Virus record (IMG/VR): IMGVR_UViG_3300020202_000062
Location: 94,929 to 158,928 of that record
Length of the DNA: 64,000 nt
Source of the DNA: a virus
Reading direction: 5' to 3' (one strand)
In this document: in pieces, positions 29,501 to 39,965 of the stretch
Numbering within the stretch: position 1 is the stretch's first letter
Layout: the number at the start of each line of letters is the position of its first letter
Notes under the pieces: generated by a model
The model's input: only the letters and a program-made list of their open reading frames with translations
What the model was told of the DNA's origin: nothing
The model's database searches: none
Program-made: the position numbers and the translations under genes

Positions 29501-29908
29501 TTAAAACAATCTATTGAGGCGCATTGCCTTCTTTAGTCTCATCATAGAACTATTAGGAGTGCTACGATAAGTGTAATCAAAAACATTCTTACTTATTGTA
29601 CCTACTCTGTTGACCGGATTGCTAGTCTGAACCCCCAACTTAGTAGGTATTCTCATGCCGCGAGCCTTTTGCGCTCCTTTGGCCAGATAGCCTGAGTCGT
29701 TCATTTGGATGGGTGCTGACGACCCATGCATGTAACCTTCCCAAGAACCGCCTCGCTTACTAGGTGCACTAGTAACCGAAGATCTCCTATTCTGACCTAA
29801 GGAAACTTTGACGGCTTCTCTTCTTTCTGCGACGTTATCATTTGCGACATTTCGCTTACCAACAGCCGCTTTGTACTTTGAGTGCTGGTCGTTTATTGAT
29901 CCGCTCAT
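29501..29908 (-). CDS. Small basic hypothetical protein
   Basis: 135 aa, Lys/Arg/Ser-rich; ATGA overlap with the upstream gene. Confidence 0.65.
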   Translation of the reverse strand: MSGSINDQHSKYKAAVGKRNVANDNVAERREAVKVSLGQNRRSSVTSAPSKRGGSWEGYMHGSSAPIQMNDSGYLAKGAQKARGMRIPTKLGVQTSNPVNRVGTISKNVFDYTYRSTPNSSMMRLKKAMRLNRLF

Positions 29909-32900
29909 GGCCTATAGTCCTGATCGATGATACTGAAGATGTCTTCAAATCCTGGAGACGCATTATACATTGAGCCTGTTGCTGGTGCACCAGTCAGCAT
30001 CTCTGCTTGAAGTAGTAAAGTATCTGAGTGAACATTACCGCCACTTCCCCTTACCCTATATGTCACACCCTGTCCACTAGAAGAACCACGAGAGTATCCC
30101 ATGTCTGGCATTGGGTCGGTGTACATTCCTTCGTAGAAAGATCCACCAGGAAGGAAGTCTGGCCCAGAAGCATCCTCTGGGGTGACATCCTTTTGAGACT
30201 GGAACAAGAAACTGAAGCCAATAAGACCAGCCGCTATCATTGCGCCGCGATTTACCGCTTTCACATCCCACACTTTCCAAAGTTCATCCTTGCTGATCCT
30301 TGTAAGGTCTTTCATCTTTCTTGCAGCACCAGTTGCCATGGACTTAACAGCAGCCTTCTTCGCACCAGGGACGTATCCTTCTGGTAAGAAATCTCCAACA
30401 CTAATCTCTTTAGCGTGCATTCTACGAAGGTGCTTTAGCTGATCTCTTGTGAGTCCTGGGAAATGAGTCTCGTGAATCTTCTTTAAGTTGCCCCCTGTCA
30501 ACATTCTGGCTGTAGCGACGTTTGTTAGGTCGGCCATATTTGCAGCCTTCCCTGTGCGCCCCATTAGAACGTTCCAATCTCTACCCTCATTGTGAGTAAT
30601 CTGCATAAGCGCACCAATAACGCGGAATGCCTTGTTTCCTGCCTTGCCGTCTTCAAAGTTCTCAGCCATAGCAATAGCCGCAGCGCGATGTGCCGATCGG
30701 AATGGGTCTTGTTTATGAGCCATCAATTCCAACAAGTCGCCAGGGGTATCTGTTATCTGATCTCCCATTGCTTCGTCAAATGCGCTCAGAACCCTTTGGG
30801 CCGATTCTATTTCCTCTGGTGTATAAACACCCTCAATAGCCTCTTTGATCCAAGGTGTCTTTGCTACTTCTTTCCTTGCGATTTCTTTCGCTGCCTCGAT
30901 TTGGAGTTGTCGTGCGTGCACTGCTCTAGACCATATTGCTCTTTCATCTTCTCTCCCCAGCAAATACGCACTAAGGTCATGGTCTTCGGGGCTCAACCCC
31001 AACCTTGCAGCAGCATCAGCCAACCCGGCTGCAACGTTTGCCTTGTTCTTTAGCCTTTGCTCTACTAGCAATTGATCTAAGCCTATGTCGATACCTTTAG
31101 CCCTAGCCACAGCCAACAATTCGCCTAGTGCACGCTCGATCCTTGGCATTTCTGTGTTCTCAAGTTTTGCTACTGCTCTTGGATCTGGGTTAATGACAGC
31201 GTCAATGATTGACTCAGTGTCTAGTTTCAATAAGGGGTTTGCGTACTTACCCTTCTTCGGTATGGTTGCTAGTTGATCTCCGAACTGATTGTTAAGGTAA
31301 TAGACCAACATATGGACGTTCTCAAGCATACCGAGAATAGGCTTCGCTTGAGCCATTCTCTCCGCTACTACCATTTGCTGGCGTCCCAACCTAATACCGC
31401 TAACATCCATGATTTTCTTTTTCAACTCAAATGGAGCAATTGTAAGAGCGCGATCTAGTTGACTTAACTTGTCCTCACGTCTAAGACTCATGAACTCATT
31501 TATGTCATCTATTCTTCGTATGTGCTCCTTTATAAGGTTGCGCTTCTCTATGCGCGCCTTTTGCCATGCCCTTTTAGCAGAGGCATCAATGAGATGTATT
31601 CCATCCGCTGAATGAAATAGCATGGTTTCATGTAAGTTTTGCAACTGTGCGGCAACTGTGTCCATGCCCTTCAGTTTGAATACGTGCTTAAGCGTGTCAA
31701 TATCATCTTCGGCAATATTGAACACTCCAAACTCACCTGCTGCTGTAGGTGAACGGAACGATAGCAGTTTAAGATTGTATCCGCCTTTACCTTTGTTGTC
31801 CCAGACTAATCTACCAGTTAAAGCGTCGTCTAAGTCCCATCCACCGAAGGAGTGGTAAAACTCATTTGGAATATTCTGCTCTAGGATCCATCCAATATTC
31901 GGTCGGAAAGTAACTTGATTTTTGGCGAGCCGCAAAGGCTTATCCAGTAATCCAGACTGGTTGACAGTATGCTGGTCGATAATGTATCCGCGCATAGCAT
32001 CAGGCACTTCGGCTCTGAATATAGGATTACCGTATCTATCCTTCGACTCCATCCATGCTACGTACGAATCCAGAATGGCTTTCTTCAGCACTGGGCTGGT
32101 TCTCGCGTCCAGTCCCTGATCTACATAATCGATTACAGACCTAGCATATGATTGCTTTTCTAGAAACTCATCTGTAGACATATTGCTTGGCTTTTCGCGC
32201 TCTAGGATTTCACGTAAAGACTCAATAAAGGCTTCAACCTTACCGTGCGTTCCACTGCCATTAAGATCTTCAATGAATCTCTGGAACTGCGTATCATTGT
32301 ACTCAAGGATGTTATTTACATCGTACAAATTACGATGGGCCATCATTGACTGGATGTCTGAGAATACGATTCCCTTACTAGACTTACGTGCATCTAAAGA
32401 GATCCATCCGTTCATGTGGTCAGCAAAGCTTAACTGCTTTGTGATTCCGCTTTCGTGAACAACGATATCGGAACCAAAAAACTTACCACCCTTAGCAAAG
32501 GCTGCCTTTGATCCAATAAGGACGTTTCCCTTGATTTGACCCTTACCAACATTAAGACCCATTGCACGCATGTTAAATACGCCGCCCTCGTTGATGGCTT
32601 TGTGTAATTGTTTGGCGGCAGCGTGCATCTTCTTTACTTCGCGTCTACCCTTGACGGCAGCAGCAGTTCTTTTTCCGGCTAACTTAATACCCTCTTCATC
32701 GGCTCTCTTCTTTAGGTTCTGAGCCATGGCACGAGCAACCTTAGGGTTGATAATAGCGATACCGTCCTTAGACCTTAGAGCGGCTTCTTCTGTCATGCCG
32801 GGGAACATACTGCTAAGATCATTCCATGCAGCAGTGTTTACCTTAAGTTTCCTATCAAGAGAAGTGGCGTAGCCACGCTCACTGAAAAGTGCCTTAAGTC

Positions 32901-33429
32901 GCTTAGAAGACCTGGCAAAGTCTTTGGTGTTATCAACATCCATTTCTAGACCTAGGGCCTTCATGGCACTTTGGGTGTCTAGTTCCTTACCGCCCTTAAA
33001 TACGCGTACGACAGTATTCACATCTTGATCAGTAACGTGAATACCATAAACCTTGTTGCCCTTAGTGAACCTACTCTTATACTCTCCGATGTTGGTTCTG
33101 TCGAGATGATAAGCCTCTCTAACAATATCCAACTTACCACGTATAGCAGCCTGTTCTAGGAAATCGTAATAGAGCGGTCCATTCTGAGGTCGGACTCCAC
33201 GAAGATGATTACCGCGCGTCCTGCTACCTAGGAATTCTTCTCGCTTAGTTAGGCCGGTGCTGTGTATGTACTTCAAGAACTCTGAAGGATCCGAGAACTC
33301 CTGATGACCTAGACCTGTTGTGCCCAACTGAACCAATTGGACTTTGCCATTCTTTACATCGATCCTATGTGTGATCCTATTTGTTCTATCGTCCTCACTA
33401 AAGAGTCTCTTTATTTGATCACCATTCAT
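29905..33429 (-). CDS. Putative single-subunit two-barrel RNA polymerase-like protein (YonO/QDE-1-like), possibly virion-packaged
   Basis: Ordered motifs DGIAII (aa ~222), FNMR..IKG (~288-300), DIVVHES..K (~321), FRAEVP..R (~471), GGWDLDD..LVWD (~529), RSP..GE (~559); C-terminal hydrophobic segment. The ORF is solid; the function is inferred. Confidence 0.55.
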   Translation of the reverse strand: MNGDQIKRLFSEDDRTNRITHRIDVKNGKVQLVQLGTTGLGHQEFSDPSEFLKYIHSTGLTKREEFLGSRTRGNHLRGVRPQNGPLYYDFLEQAAIRGKLDIVREAYHLDRTNIGEYKSRFTKGNKVYGIHVTDQDVNTVVRVFKGGKELDTQSAMKALGLEMDVDNTKDFARSSKRLKALFSERGYATSLDRKLKVNTAAWNDLSSMFPGMTEEAALRSKDGIAIINPKVARAMAQNLKKRADEEGIKLAGKRTAAAVKGRREVKKMHAAAKQLHKAINEGGVFNMRAMGLNVGKGQIKGNVLIGSKAAFAKGGKFFGSDIVVHESGITKQLSFADHMNGWISLDARKSSKGIVFSDIQSMMAHRNLYDVNNILEYNDTQFQRFIEDLNGSGTHGKVEAFIESLREILEREKPSNMSTDEFLEKQSYARSVIDYVDQGLDARTSPVLKKAILDSYVAWMESKDRYGNPIFRAEVPDAMRGYIIDQHTVNQSGLLDKPLRLAKNQVTFRPNIGWILEQNIPNEFYHSFGGWDLDDALTGRLVWDNKGKGGYNLKLLSFRSPTAAGEFGVFNIAEDDIDTLKHVFKLKGMDTVAAQLQNLHETMLFHSADGIHLIDASAKRAWQKARIEKRNLIKEHIRRIDDINEFMSLRREDKLSQLDRALTIAPFELKKKIMDVSGIRLGRQQMVVAERMAQAKPILGMLENVHMLVYYLNNQFGDQLATIPKKGKYANPLLKLDTESIIDAVINPDPRAVAKLENTEMPRIERALGELLAVARAKGIDIGLDQLLVEQRLKNKANVAAGLADAAARLGLSPEDHDLSAYLLGREDERAIWSRAVHARQLQIEAAKEIARKEVAKTPWIKEAIEGVYTPEEIESAQRVLSAFDEAMGDQITDTPGDLLELMAHKQDPFRSAHRAAAIAMAENFEDGKAGNKAFRVIGALMQITHNEGRDWNVLMGRTGKAANMADLTNVATARMLTGGNLKKIHETHFPGLTRDQLKHLRRMHAKEISVGDFLPEGYVPGAKKAAVKSMATGAARKMKDLTRISKDELWKVWDVKAVNRGAMIAAGLIGFSFLFQSQKDVTPEDASGPDFLPGGSFYEGMYTDPMPDMGYSRGSSSGQGVTYRVRGSGGNVHSDTLLLQAEMLTGAPATGSMYNASPGFEDIFSIIDQDYRP

Positions 33430-36400
33430 TAGACACCCAACTGCATCTCTAGTCTAGTTCCAGGATAAGGAGTTATCACTGGGTACACATCGCCGTTCAC
33501 GCCTTGCTGACGTAATAGTAACCTCAACTGCTGTTCTACATTCCTTCTTGAGGTGTCGTTATCAAAGGTTGGGTATGATGGGTTGACTAGGTTTGCTTCA
33601 CGAACTTCCTGAGGGAAGAATCCCATCTGCGATAGATCTAGACCAAGGCTCTGCCCGATCTTCACTTTGATGTGGTTCATGTTAGTGTTGGGGTGCCACC
33701 CTTCCCAGTTGGCATTAGGGAGTTCGTGCTTTGAGAAGTAGTCCACCAATTCTGGGCGCGCCTCTACTGGGCGGCCCCAAGCAGCCTGATAGATGCGGCG
33801 CTCTAGTCTACCTGCTGTAGATAGGATCTTCTCGTGTTCCTGTTCTGGAGCGAGAACCATCTCACGGAAGTGTTCTCTCTTTCTTCTTGGTAGAGCCTGC
33901 GCTAGTTGTTCTAGGTTAGCGTTGTAAATATCCACACCATACATTGTGCTCTGTGCCATGTTTCGGAACTGTTCGGCCATCTGCATGTCGCCAAGCATAC
34001 GAGCATGCTGCATACCTTTCATGCCTTTAACGTACTGAAGCATGTCAGTGTATTCTTCCAGCGCCAATTCCTGACGACGACGCTTAGGGATAAACCTATC
34101 TCCGGTAATCTTCTCGTACACATCTCCCGCGATGCTGGAGGTTGCACCAATCGCGCCACCAATCACCGTTCCAAGTGCTTTTGCTTCGTGGCTAGCCCCA
34201 AACATTCTACCTACGGTACCTAAGGCCAAGGCAGAAATGATGGGATTACGTTGTGTTGCGTTGTAGGCCATTGGCTTTAAGAAGTCCTCAATTGGATGAG
34301 ACCACTGAGGGAAAGTAGCCCCATAAACGTTTTCGCGCTCCCAATCCTCAAGGGCGCTTTTATGAGGAAGGAACTTAGTATGGAATGGTGTATTCCTGTG
34401 TGCGAACGCCTCTCCAAATCTACGCAGTGCAAACTGAGTATCGGTTAAACCTAACTCTTCTGGGCTGCTGTACTTGTATTTGTATGGGTGGAACTCGTGA
34501 CGACGAGCCTTTGAGTCAACCTGCTGACGAGTCTGCTCGATGAGCATATTCTCTGCGGCATTATTGCCCATACCAACGGCGCGATCTACCATACGGTACG
34601 CGTCGGACCATGGTGCCACATCGCCCAAGATCTTATGCTGATCTACTAGACCGTACTTACCATACATGTCTGAATGAAGAGTGTTAAATCTCTCATACCC
34701 CATACCAGGCAAACGCATCTCACCTTCCTGAACAGCAGTATATGGGTCACCATTCTTGAAGTTCATGAAGTACTCTGAGCCAGGCAGCCACGGATGCATC
34801 ATACCCAGTTGATTTGGGATTGGGTTTATGAACTGTGTGCCTGTTCTCTCCTTTGGAATGAATCGACGTGCGATTTCAGAGAACTCTAAGTTAGCTAAGT
34901 TACCCTCAATAGGTAGAGGAGCATCACCAAGACCGCCCAGGTTAAGATCCCAGAACTGCCTAGATGACCCATATGCTGCTGCTGAACTTGTTAACCTTGG
35001 GATGTTGTCAGATAGATCTGCACTCCCTAGGCCAAGTTGTTCACGTATGGTTCCGAAGGCGAAGCCGTAAATACCGAACAACTCCTGGAACTCATGAGCC
35101 AGTTTCTTTCCTTGGTATCCAAATTCACTCGTAGGCTGAGGGTTAACTCCAGCAATAATACGAGGAGTCATAGACCCTGGGGATACAGGAATTCCATACG
35201 ATCCTGGTCCGAAAGTGTTAGCCCCAGAAGAAAAGCCAACTGGCGAAACTGCACCGCGAGGTGTTACGCCACTTGCAGCAGACAACATTGCGTTGCTAGT
35301 GCTAATGGCTTCATTGACCATGTTTCGGGCAGTATTACGTGGAGATGCTGCTCCCGCATAGCGCAAGTTCATAGCAGACTGAATACCGTCACTTGCTGGA
35401 CCATCCCCACCAGATGACCCCTGTGGGCGCATAGGAGCACCAGGGATATATGCGCCGTATTCTCCGACTGGAAGTATTTGACTTAGGCCGAACTCAACCT
35501 CATCCTTGTGCATCTTTACTTGTGGCTTAAGTACCTTGCCGAAGGTCATGTTCAGAGCCGTGGTAATTGGACCCCATGGCCCAGTAAAGTATTCACCAGT
35601 CACCGGGTATGGGCGCTCGTCATAATGCTTACGCTCAAACCTATATGGATCCAATGGGCGCAATGGGGAGAAATCATAACCAAAGGCTAGGCGCTCTAAT
35701 GGAGATCCAAAGGTCTGATCTGTGTAGAGATGTCCAGCCTGCAATCGCCGGTACCAAGACGGCCTGTAGTATTGGATGCGACCACCCTTAAATGGTGTGT
35801 TTCCTAGAGGCCAGAATCTACCAGACCTAATGGCCACTTCACCATGCTTAAGTTGGTCTAACTTCTCCTCATAACCCATACCCCACGGCATAATACCGGA
35901 AATCGCTGCCTGTGCGTGTACGAGCCCTGTAGCGGCCTTTCCGACGAAGTATGGCGAGTACACCCTATCGCCGTATTCGTCTTTAGGATTCATAAATCCA
36001 CCGATAGTACGATCAGCAGTAAGGGCTACGGTACCACCGGCCACAATCGGGAGGACCCGCTTACCAACCATACCCCTAGCGTAGAAGTCTAGAGGCCCTG
36101 AGTACTTGGTTGGGTCAATACCGATACTGGCAGCAGAGAAGTACCTGTTCATACGTTCGAACATGTGTGATACTGGAACAGATGCGCCAGAGAATGCAGC
36201 AGGATTAGACCAAGTGTTACCACCAACTACGCTAGATACTGCGCCCCATCGCTCTTGCTGCCATGCAGTTCTGAATGTCGGCACGAATACAGTGGAAGTA
36301 TTGCCGAATGGATTATATTCAACTCCCTCAAACTGAGCAGGTGCTGGAGAGAATCTTCTTCTCATAGCGGCAGTAGCAGCATTGCGCCAAGGCGATCCAT

Positions 36401-39400
36401 GCAAACCAAGTTGACCAGACGCCACCGTTCCAAGGAGATCTTTTGATGATTCTCTAGAAATCAGACCAGAAAAAACACCTAAGGCATTTTGTAGTGGGCT
36501 GTTCTCCCTTGAGTAGATGAAGAAACTCTGATTGTCGATTTGCATAGACAACAGGGCTGCGCGAGCTTCTGTGAATTCAGCCTGGCTGATTTGGCCGCGA
36601 CTTCTCATCTGCCCAAGTTTGTTCATTAACTTAGGAACTTGATACTGGAACTCTCTACCGCTTCCCAAGATTCCATCTCGAATACCCAGGTAAGAGTAGA
36701 AACTTTGCCTGAATTCGTCCTGGCGTGTAGAGATTGTTGCGTTACGTGGACCCTTTACTGTTGAATCCCAGTAACTGTCAGACCCCGAATTATCTAAGTG
36801 CCTCCACAGCAGAGATCTCTGAGCGCGCCTAAGTGTTGCGCCCTCGTCTGCTGCTAATGACCTTGCGTGTCTAGCGTCTTCACGCAGAACTAAACGAGCC
36901 GCCTCTTCTAACTGTGTGGCGCTCGTTAGGTCTGATATCTTTGTTTCGCCCATCGGGCCGGGTGTAAAGGTAACTGGCTTAGACCCTGTGAATCGGTAAC
37001 CGAACATACCAGATAGAGAAGAGTCTGCTTCGAATTCGCTCAGAACCTTAGTGCTTAATGCGTTTCTACGGATGGAATATCCCATCATCTGGAATGCCTT
37101 GGCTACATCCGCTTCACCATATAAGACTGACCCAGATTCGTCTACAATTCTGTTGTTTTGTAATCTGTAGATCGAACCCTTTACCTTGATCTGACCCTTA
37201 GACATAAACTCCGCCATTACAGTCGGGTTGTTGATGTCTAACTTGCGGTTAGAGAATCGCTTGATATATCCGAGGATTGAGTTGGACTGGTTGGGATTGA
37301 CATCGAAGGCATTCTTCATCCGACCGTAGCGAGTGTCGTCAGAGTAACGACGCTCACCAAGATCCCCAATGGCAATACGTGTCTGGCGAGCAAAGAGACC
37401 AGAACCGCTAGTGTCGCCCGGTCTGAATAATCCCTTTATCTCGGTAGCACCTATGATTCCAGCCTTGTCTGCACCTACAGCGGTAACCCTACCTCTTGTT
37501 CCCATTCCCTTTGATCGCATCCAGACATAGAAGTCTGCGTTAGCCTGTTGCTGAGACTTCCCAATGAATGGCTGGATGGAGTTACCTGGGCCAATGTGTA
37601 GGATGGCGCGCTCACGTGCTTCTCTAACTGAGTCATACCCAAATAAGGAAAGTGGCTTGGTTTGGATAAGTGGAATCTTGAAATCGTCAGCTACCTTGTC
37701 TAAGAACCTTGTGGCCCTACGACGAAGCATGGTTGTATCTAAGATCTGTCCAGATGAACTTTGATAGACGCCCTTCATCTTGAAGAGACCCATGGTATCC
37801 GAAACTGGGTCGTTTACCGCTAGACGTGAAATGATGTTAGCAATCTGACTTTCAGATCTATCATCGGTAGCAAAGTATCCCCTGTTTAGACCCTCTGAAA
37901 CCGTAAGAGCCTTTAAGCCAAAGATATTCCTTCCACCCTTGGTCCAAGGTGCGGATATATGCTTCTTGCCAACCAAGAATGCTTTAAGTTGTTCTGGGTT
38001 TCCTGGATCAAAACCTCTACGTATTAGATGTGAGTTAACCACACCTTCAGAGATTCTTCTTCCTGTTGGGTCCGCCATAGTTAGGCCAGTGGACTCTGCG
38101 GTCTTTCTGCGTAGATACTGAACCTTAGAAGCGTTCAGATCATAGAAATCTTCGTACGGCAACTTGCCATGACTCAAGAACCCACTAGCGAACTTGGGTG
38201 CGATCTTGCCTTCGACAAGATTCCACTCATGGCGAATCTTGCTGTCTAGAAGTCTCCTGTACTCCTTGTTTCTAAAGAGAACATCTACATTCTTGATCGA
38301 CTTAGAGATACTACCCGCAATAGCATCACGATCGGCGGATTCGAACATGGACAGTCGATTTTTGAATGCCGCCATCCAATCTGATTCATTCTCTGGTAAG
38401 ATATCACCCTTGCCGAATCCTACTCTGGCTGCGAGGTTGAATTCATCATCTGCCGAACCCGGCAAACTAAGCCGCGCCAAAGATGAGAACTTATGAGCAA
38501 CTTTGTCGTTAACTCCATTGTTTCTTAGTTCTCTAGCAAGTAAACGACTGTACTCGTTGGCACTGACAATCTTATGGAATTCGCTCTGACCAAACGCTTT
38601 GTTTCCTGACCTAGCGCCACCATTGCCATAAGACTGAAGCCTGCCTGCCAACTCACTGATTGACGAAGACCCAGAACCCAACATAGCCTGAACGTTTTTC
38701 AACTTGGCTGGGTTAGTCTTATAGATTTCGTTATATCGTGAAGCACCGAGTCTTAGATACTCTGCGTAGTCGTCATACTGCTCACCAATTCTTCGGTAAG
38801 TAGATTTGGCCGCTCTGATTCCTGCACCCAAACCACGGAATGGTCCCGGTAGAGCGTTGTAGATATCAGCCATCTCACCTGGGGCACCGATGGCTGACTT
38901 ATTCCTAAAAAGGAAGTCAAAGCGAGCGCGCTTTCTTGTGGCCTTGTCCATGGCTGCACCAGCCATACGCGCATCAAGTGCCTGAAGTCCGTGGCGAGTC
39001 TTGTGGAGGTAATCGGTTAGATGAAGGCCACGCTGGCGTGCCTCATTAACTGCGCTAGAAAACGCACCTGTGCTTTGAGCAGAGAACTTAACACCCGCGT
39101 TCAGAAGGTCTGTGGCGTCAGTGCCAATCTTTGTAAGCACAGTGCGCAGCATAACTGAGCCTGTCTGAAAGCGCTGCTGGCGGGGCGACAGATTAACCAT
39201 GTCATCGCCGTAGGTCATAGCCTTTCGCCAAAGATGCTTTCCCGATGCTGCACCCATCTCGAATGGGGTGATCATAAAGGCAAGGTTCTTCGTGCTTTGT
39301 GTTACGAAGTCTGTGATTACATCTACTGGGTTGTACCAGTTAATATGCTTCTTATTCTCATCCGAGCCGAAGACATTATCCGTAAGTCCGCGCTGCACGA

Positions 39401-39962
39401 AGTATGCTGCTGGAAGTTCGTAAGGAAGGCGGCGAGCCTGCGCGACCATGCGCTGCTGGATTTCGTCACGCCATAACCATTCGTCTGGCTGCTCAAGTCC
39501 GAGGCGCTGAGCGCGTTCTTTTGCGCCCTTGGAGAAGAAGAACCCTTGTAGGGTTACTGTATCTGAACCAGATTGAATCTTCCCATCAGGCCCCTTAATG
39601 AAGAGTTTGCCTGTAGGGTTATCATCTTTTAGGGTTCTGGTAACGCCCTGCCATTCGTCAAGAATTTGCTGAGTCTTGCGAACATCTTTAATCAGGTTGG
39701 TCTGCCAGGCGACTCCGCTCTCCTGCATTTGGTAAGCAAGTTTGATTCCGCCTTTACGGATCAGGTTTCCACCGGCCACCATACCCACCATAGTGGCTGC
39801 GGACGCGGCAAAGAAGCGCATGACCGGATGTCCCCGGAACGCTTTAGCAATTACACCTGATTCGGGGTCTATGCCCTCGGTTTCACCTTCATCCCAACGA
39901 AGATGCTGACGACTGTTGACCCCGAACCCCAGGTTAAACTGAGGTCCTTGATCTCTCTGCAT
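33429..39962 (-). CDS. Tape-measure-like / ejection protein
   Basis: 2177 aa directly after the tail chaperones; Gly/Ala/Arg-rich with hydrophobic Gly-rich segments. Assignment is mainly positional. Confidence 0.65.
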   Translation of the reverse strand: MQRDQGPQFNLGFGVNSRQHLRWDEGETEGIDPESGVIAKAFRGHPVMRFFAASAATMVGMVAGGNLIRKGGIKLAYQMQESGVAWQTNLIKDVRKTQQILDEWQGVTRTLKDDNPTGKLFIKGPDGKIQSGSDTVTLQGFFFSKGAKERAQRLGLEQPDEWLWRDEIQQRMVAQARRLPYELPAAYFVQRGLTDNVFGSDENKKHINWYNPVDVITDFVTQSTKNLAFMITPFEMGAASGKHLWRKAMTYGDDMVNLSPRQQRFQTGSVMLRTVLTKIGTDATDLLNAGVKFSAQSTGAFSSAVNEARQRGLHLTDYLHKTRHGLQALDARMAGAAMDKATRKRARFDFLFRNKSAIGAPGEMADIYNALPGPFRGLGAGIRAAKSTYRRIGEQYDDYAEYLRLGASRYNEIYKTNPAKLKNVQAMLGSGSSSISELAGRLQSYGNGGARSGNKAFGQSEFHKIVSANEYSRLLARELRNNGVNDKVAHKFSSLARLSLPGSADDEFNLAARVGFGKGDILPENESDWMAAFKNRLSMFESADRDAIAGSISKSIKNVDVLFRNKEYRRLLDSKIRHEWNLVEGKIAPKFASGFLSHGKLPYEDFYDLNASKVQYLRRKTAESTGLTMADPTGRRISEGVVNSHLIRRGFDPGNPEQLKAFLVGKKHISAPWTKGGRNIFGLKALTVSEGLNRGYFATDDRSESQIANIISRLAVNDPVSDTMGLFKMKGVYQSSSGQILDTTMLRRRATRFLDKVADDFKIPLIQTKPLSLFGYDSVREARERAILHIGPGNSIQPFIGKSQQQANADFYVWMRSKGMGTRGRVTAVGADKAGIIGATEIKGLFRPGDTSGSGLFARQTRIAIGDLGERRYSDDTRYGRMKNAFDVNPNQSNSILGYIKRFSNRKLDINNPTVMAEFMSKGQIKVKGSIYRLQNNRIVDESGSVLYGEADVAKAFQMMGYSIRRNALSTKVLSEFEADSSLSGMFGYRFTGSKPVTFTPGPMGETKISDLTSATQLEEAARLVLREDARHARSLAADEGATLRRAQRSLLWRHLDNSGSDSYWDSTVKGPRNATISTRQDEFRQSFYSYLGIRDGILGSGREFQYQVPKLMNKLGQMRSRGQISQAEFTEARAALLSMQIDNQSFFIYSRENSPLQNALGVFSGLISRESSKDLLGTVASGQLGLHGSPWRNAATAAMRRRFSPAPAQFEGVEYNPFGNTSTVFVPTFRTAWQQERWGAVSSVVGGNTWSNPAAFSGASVPVSHMFERMNRYFSAASIGIDPTKYSGPLDFYARGMVGKRVLPIVAGGTVALTADRTIGGFMNPKDEYGDRVYSPYFVGKAATGLVHAQAAISGIMPWGMGYEEKLDQLKHGEVAIRSGRFWPLGNTPFKGGRIQYYRPSWYRRLQAGHLYTDQTFGSPLERLAFGYDFSPLRPLDPYRFERKHYDERPYPVTGEYFTGPWGPITTALNMTFGKVLKPQVKMHKDEVEFGLSQILPVGEYGAYIPGAPMRPQGSSGGDGPASDGIQSAMNLRYAGAASPRNTARNMVNEAISTSNAMLSAASGVTPRGAVSPVGFSSGANTFGPGSYGIPVSPGSMTPRIIAGVNPQPTSEFGYQGKKLAHEFQELFGIYGFAFGTIREQLGLGSADLSDNIPRLTSSAAAYGSSRQFWDLNLGGLGDAPLPIEGNLANLEFSEIARRFIPKERTGTQFINPIPNQLGMMHPWLPGSEYFMNFKNGDPYTAVQEGEMRLPGMGYERFNTLHSDMYGKYGLVDQHKILGDVAPWSDAYRMVDRAVGMGNNAAENMLIEQTRQQVDSKARRHEFHPYKYKYSSPEELGLTDTQFALRRFGEAFAHRNTPFHTKFLPHKSALEDWERENVYGATFPQWSHPIEDFLKPMAYNATQRNPIISALALGTVGRMFGASHEAKALGTVIGGAIGATSSIAGDVYEKITGDRFIPKRRRQELALEEYTDMLQYVKGMKGMQHARMLGDMQMAEQFRNMAQSTMYGVDIYNANLEQLAQALPRRKREHFREMVLAPEQEHEKILSTAGRLERRIYQAAWGRPVEARPELVDYFSKHELPNANWEGWHPNTNMNHIKVKIGQSLGLDLSQMGFFPQEVREANLVNPSYPTFDNDTSRRNVEQQLRLLLRQQGVNGDVYPVITPYPGTRLEMQLGV

Positions 39963-39965
39963 TGG

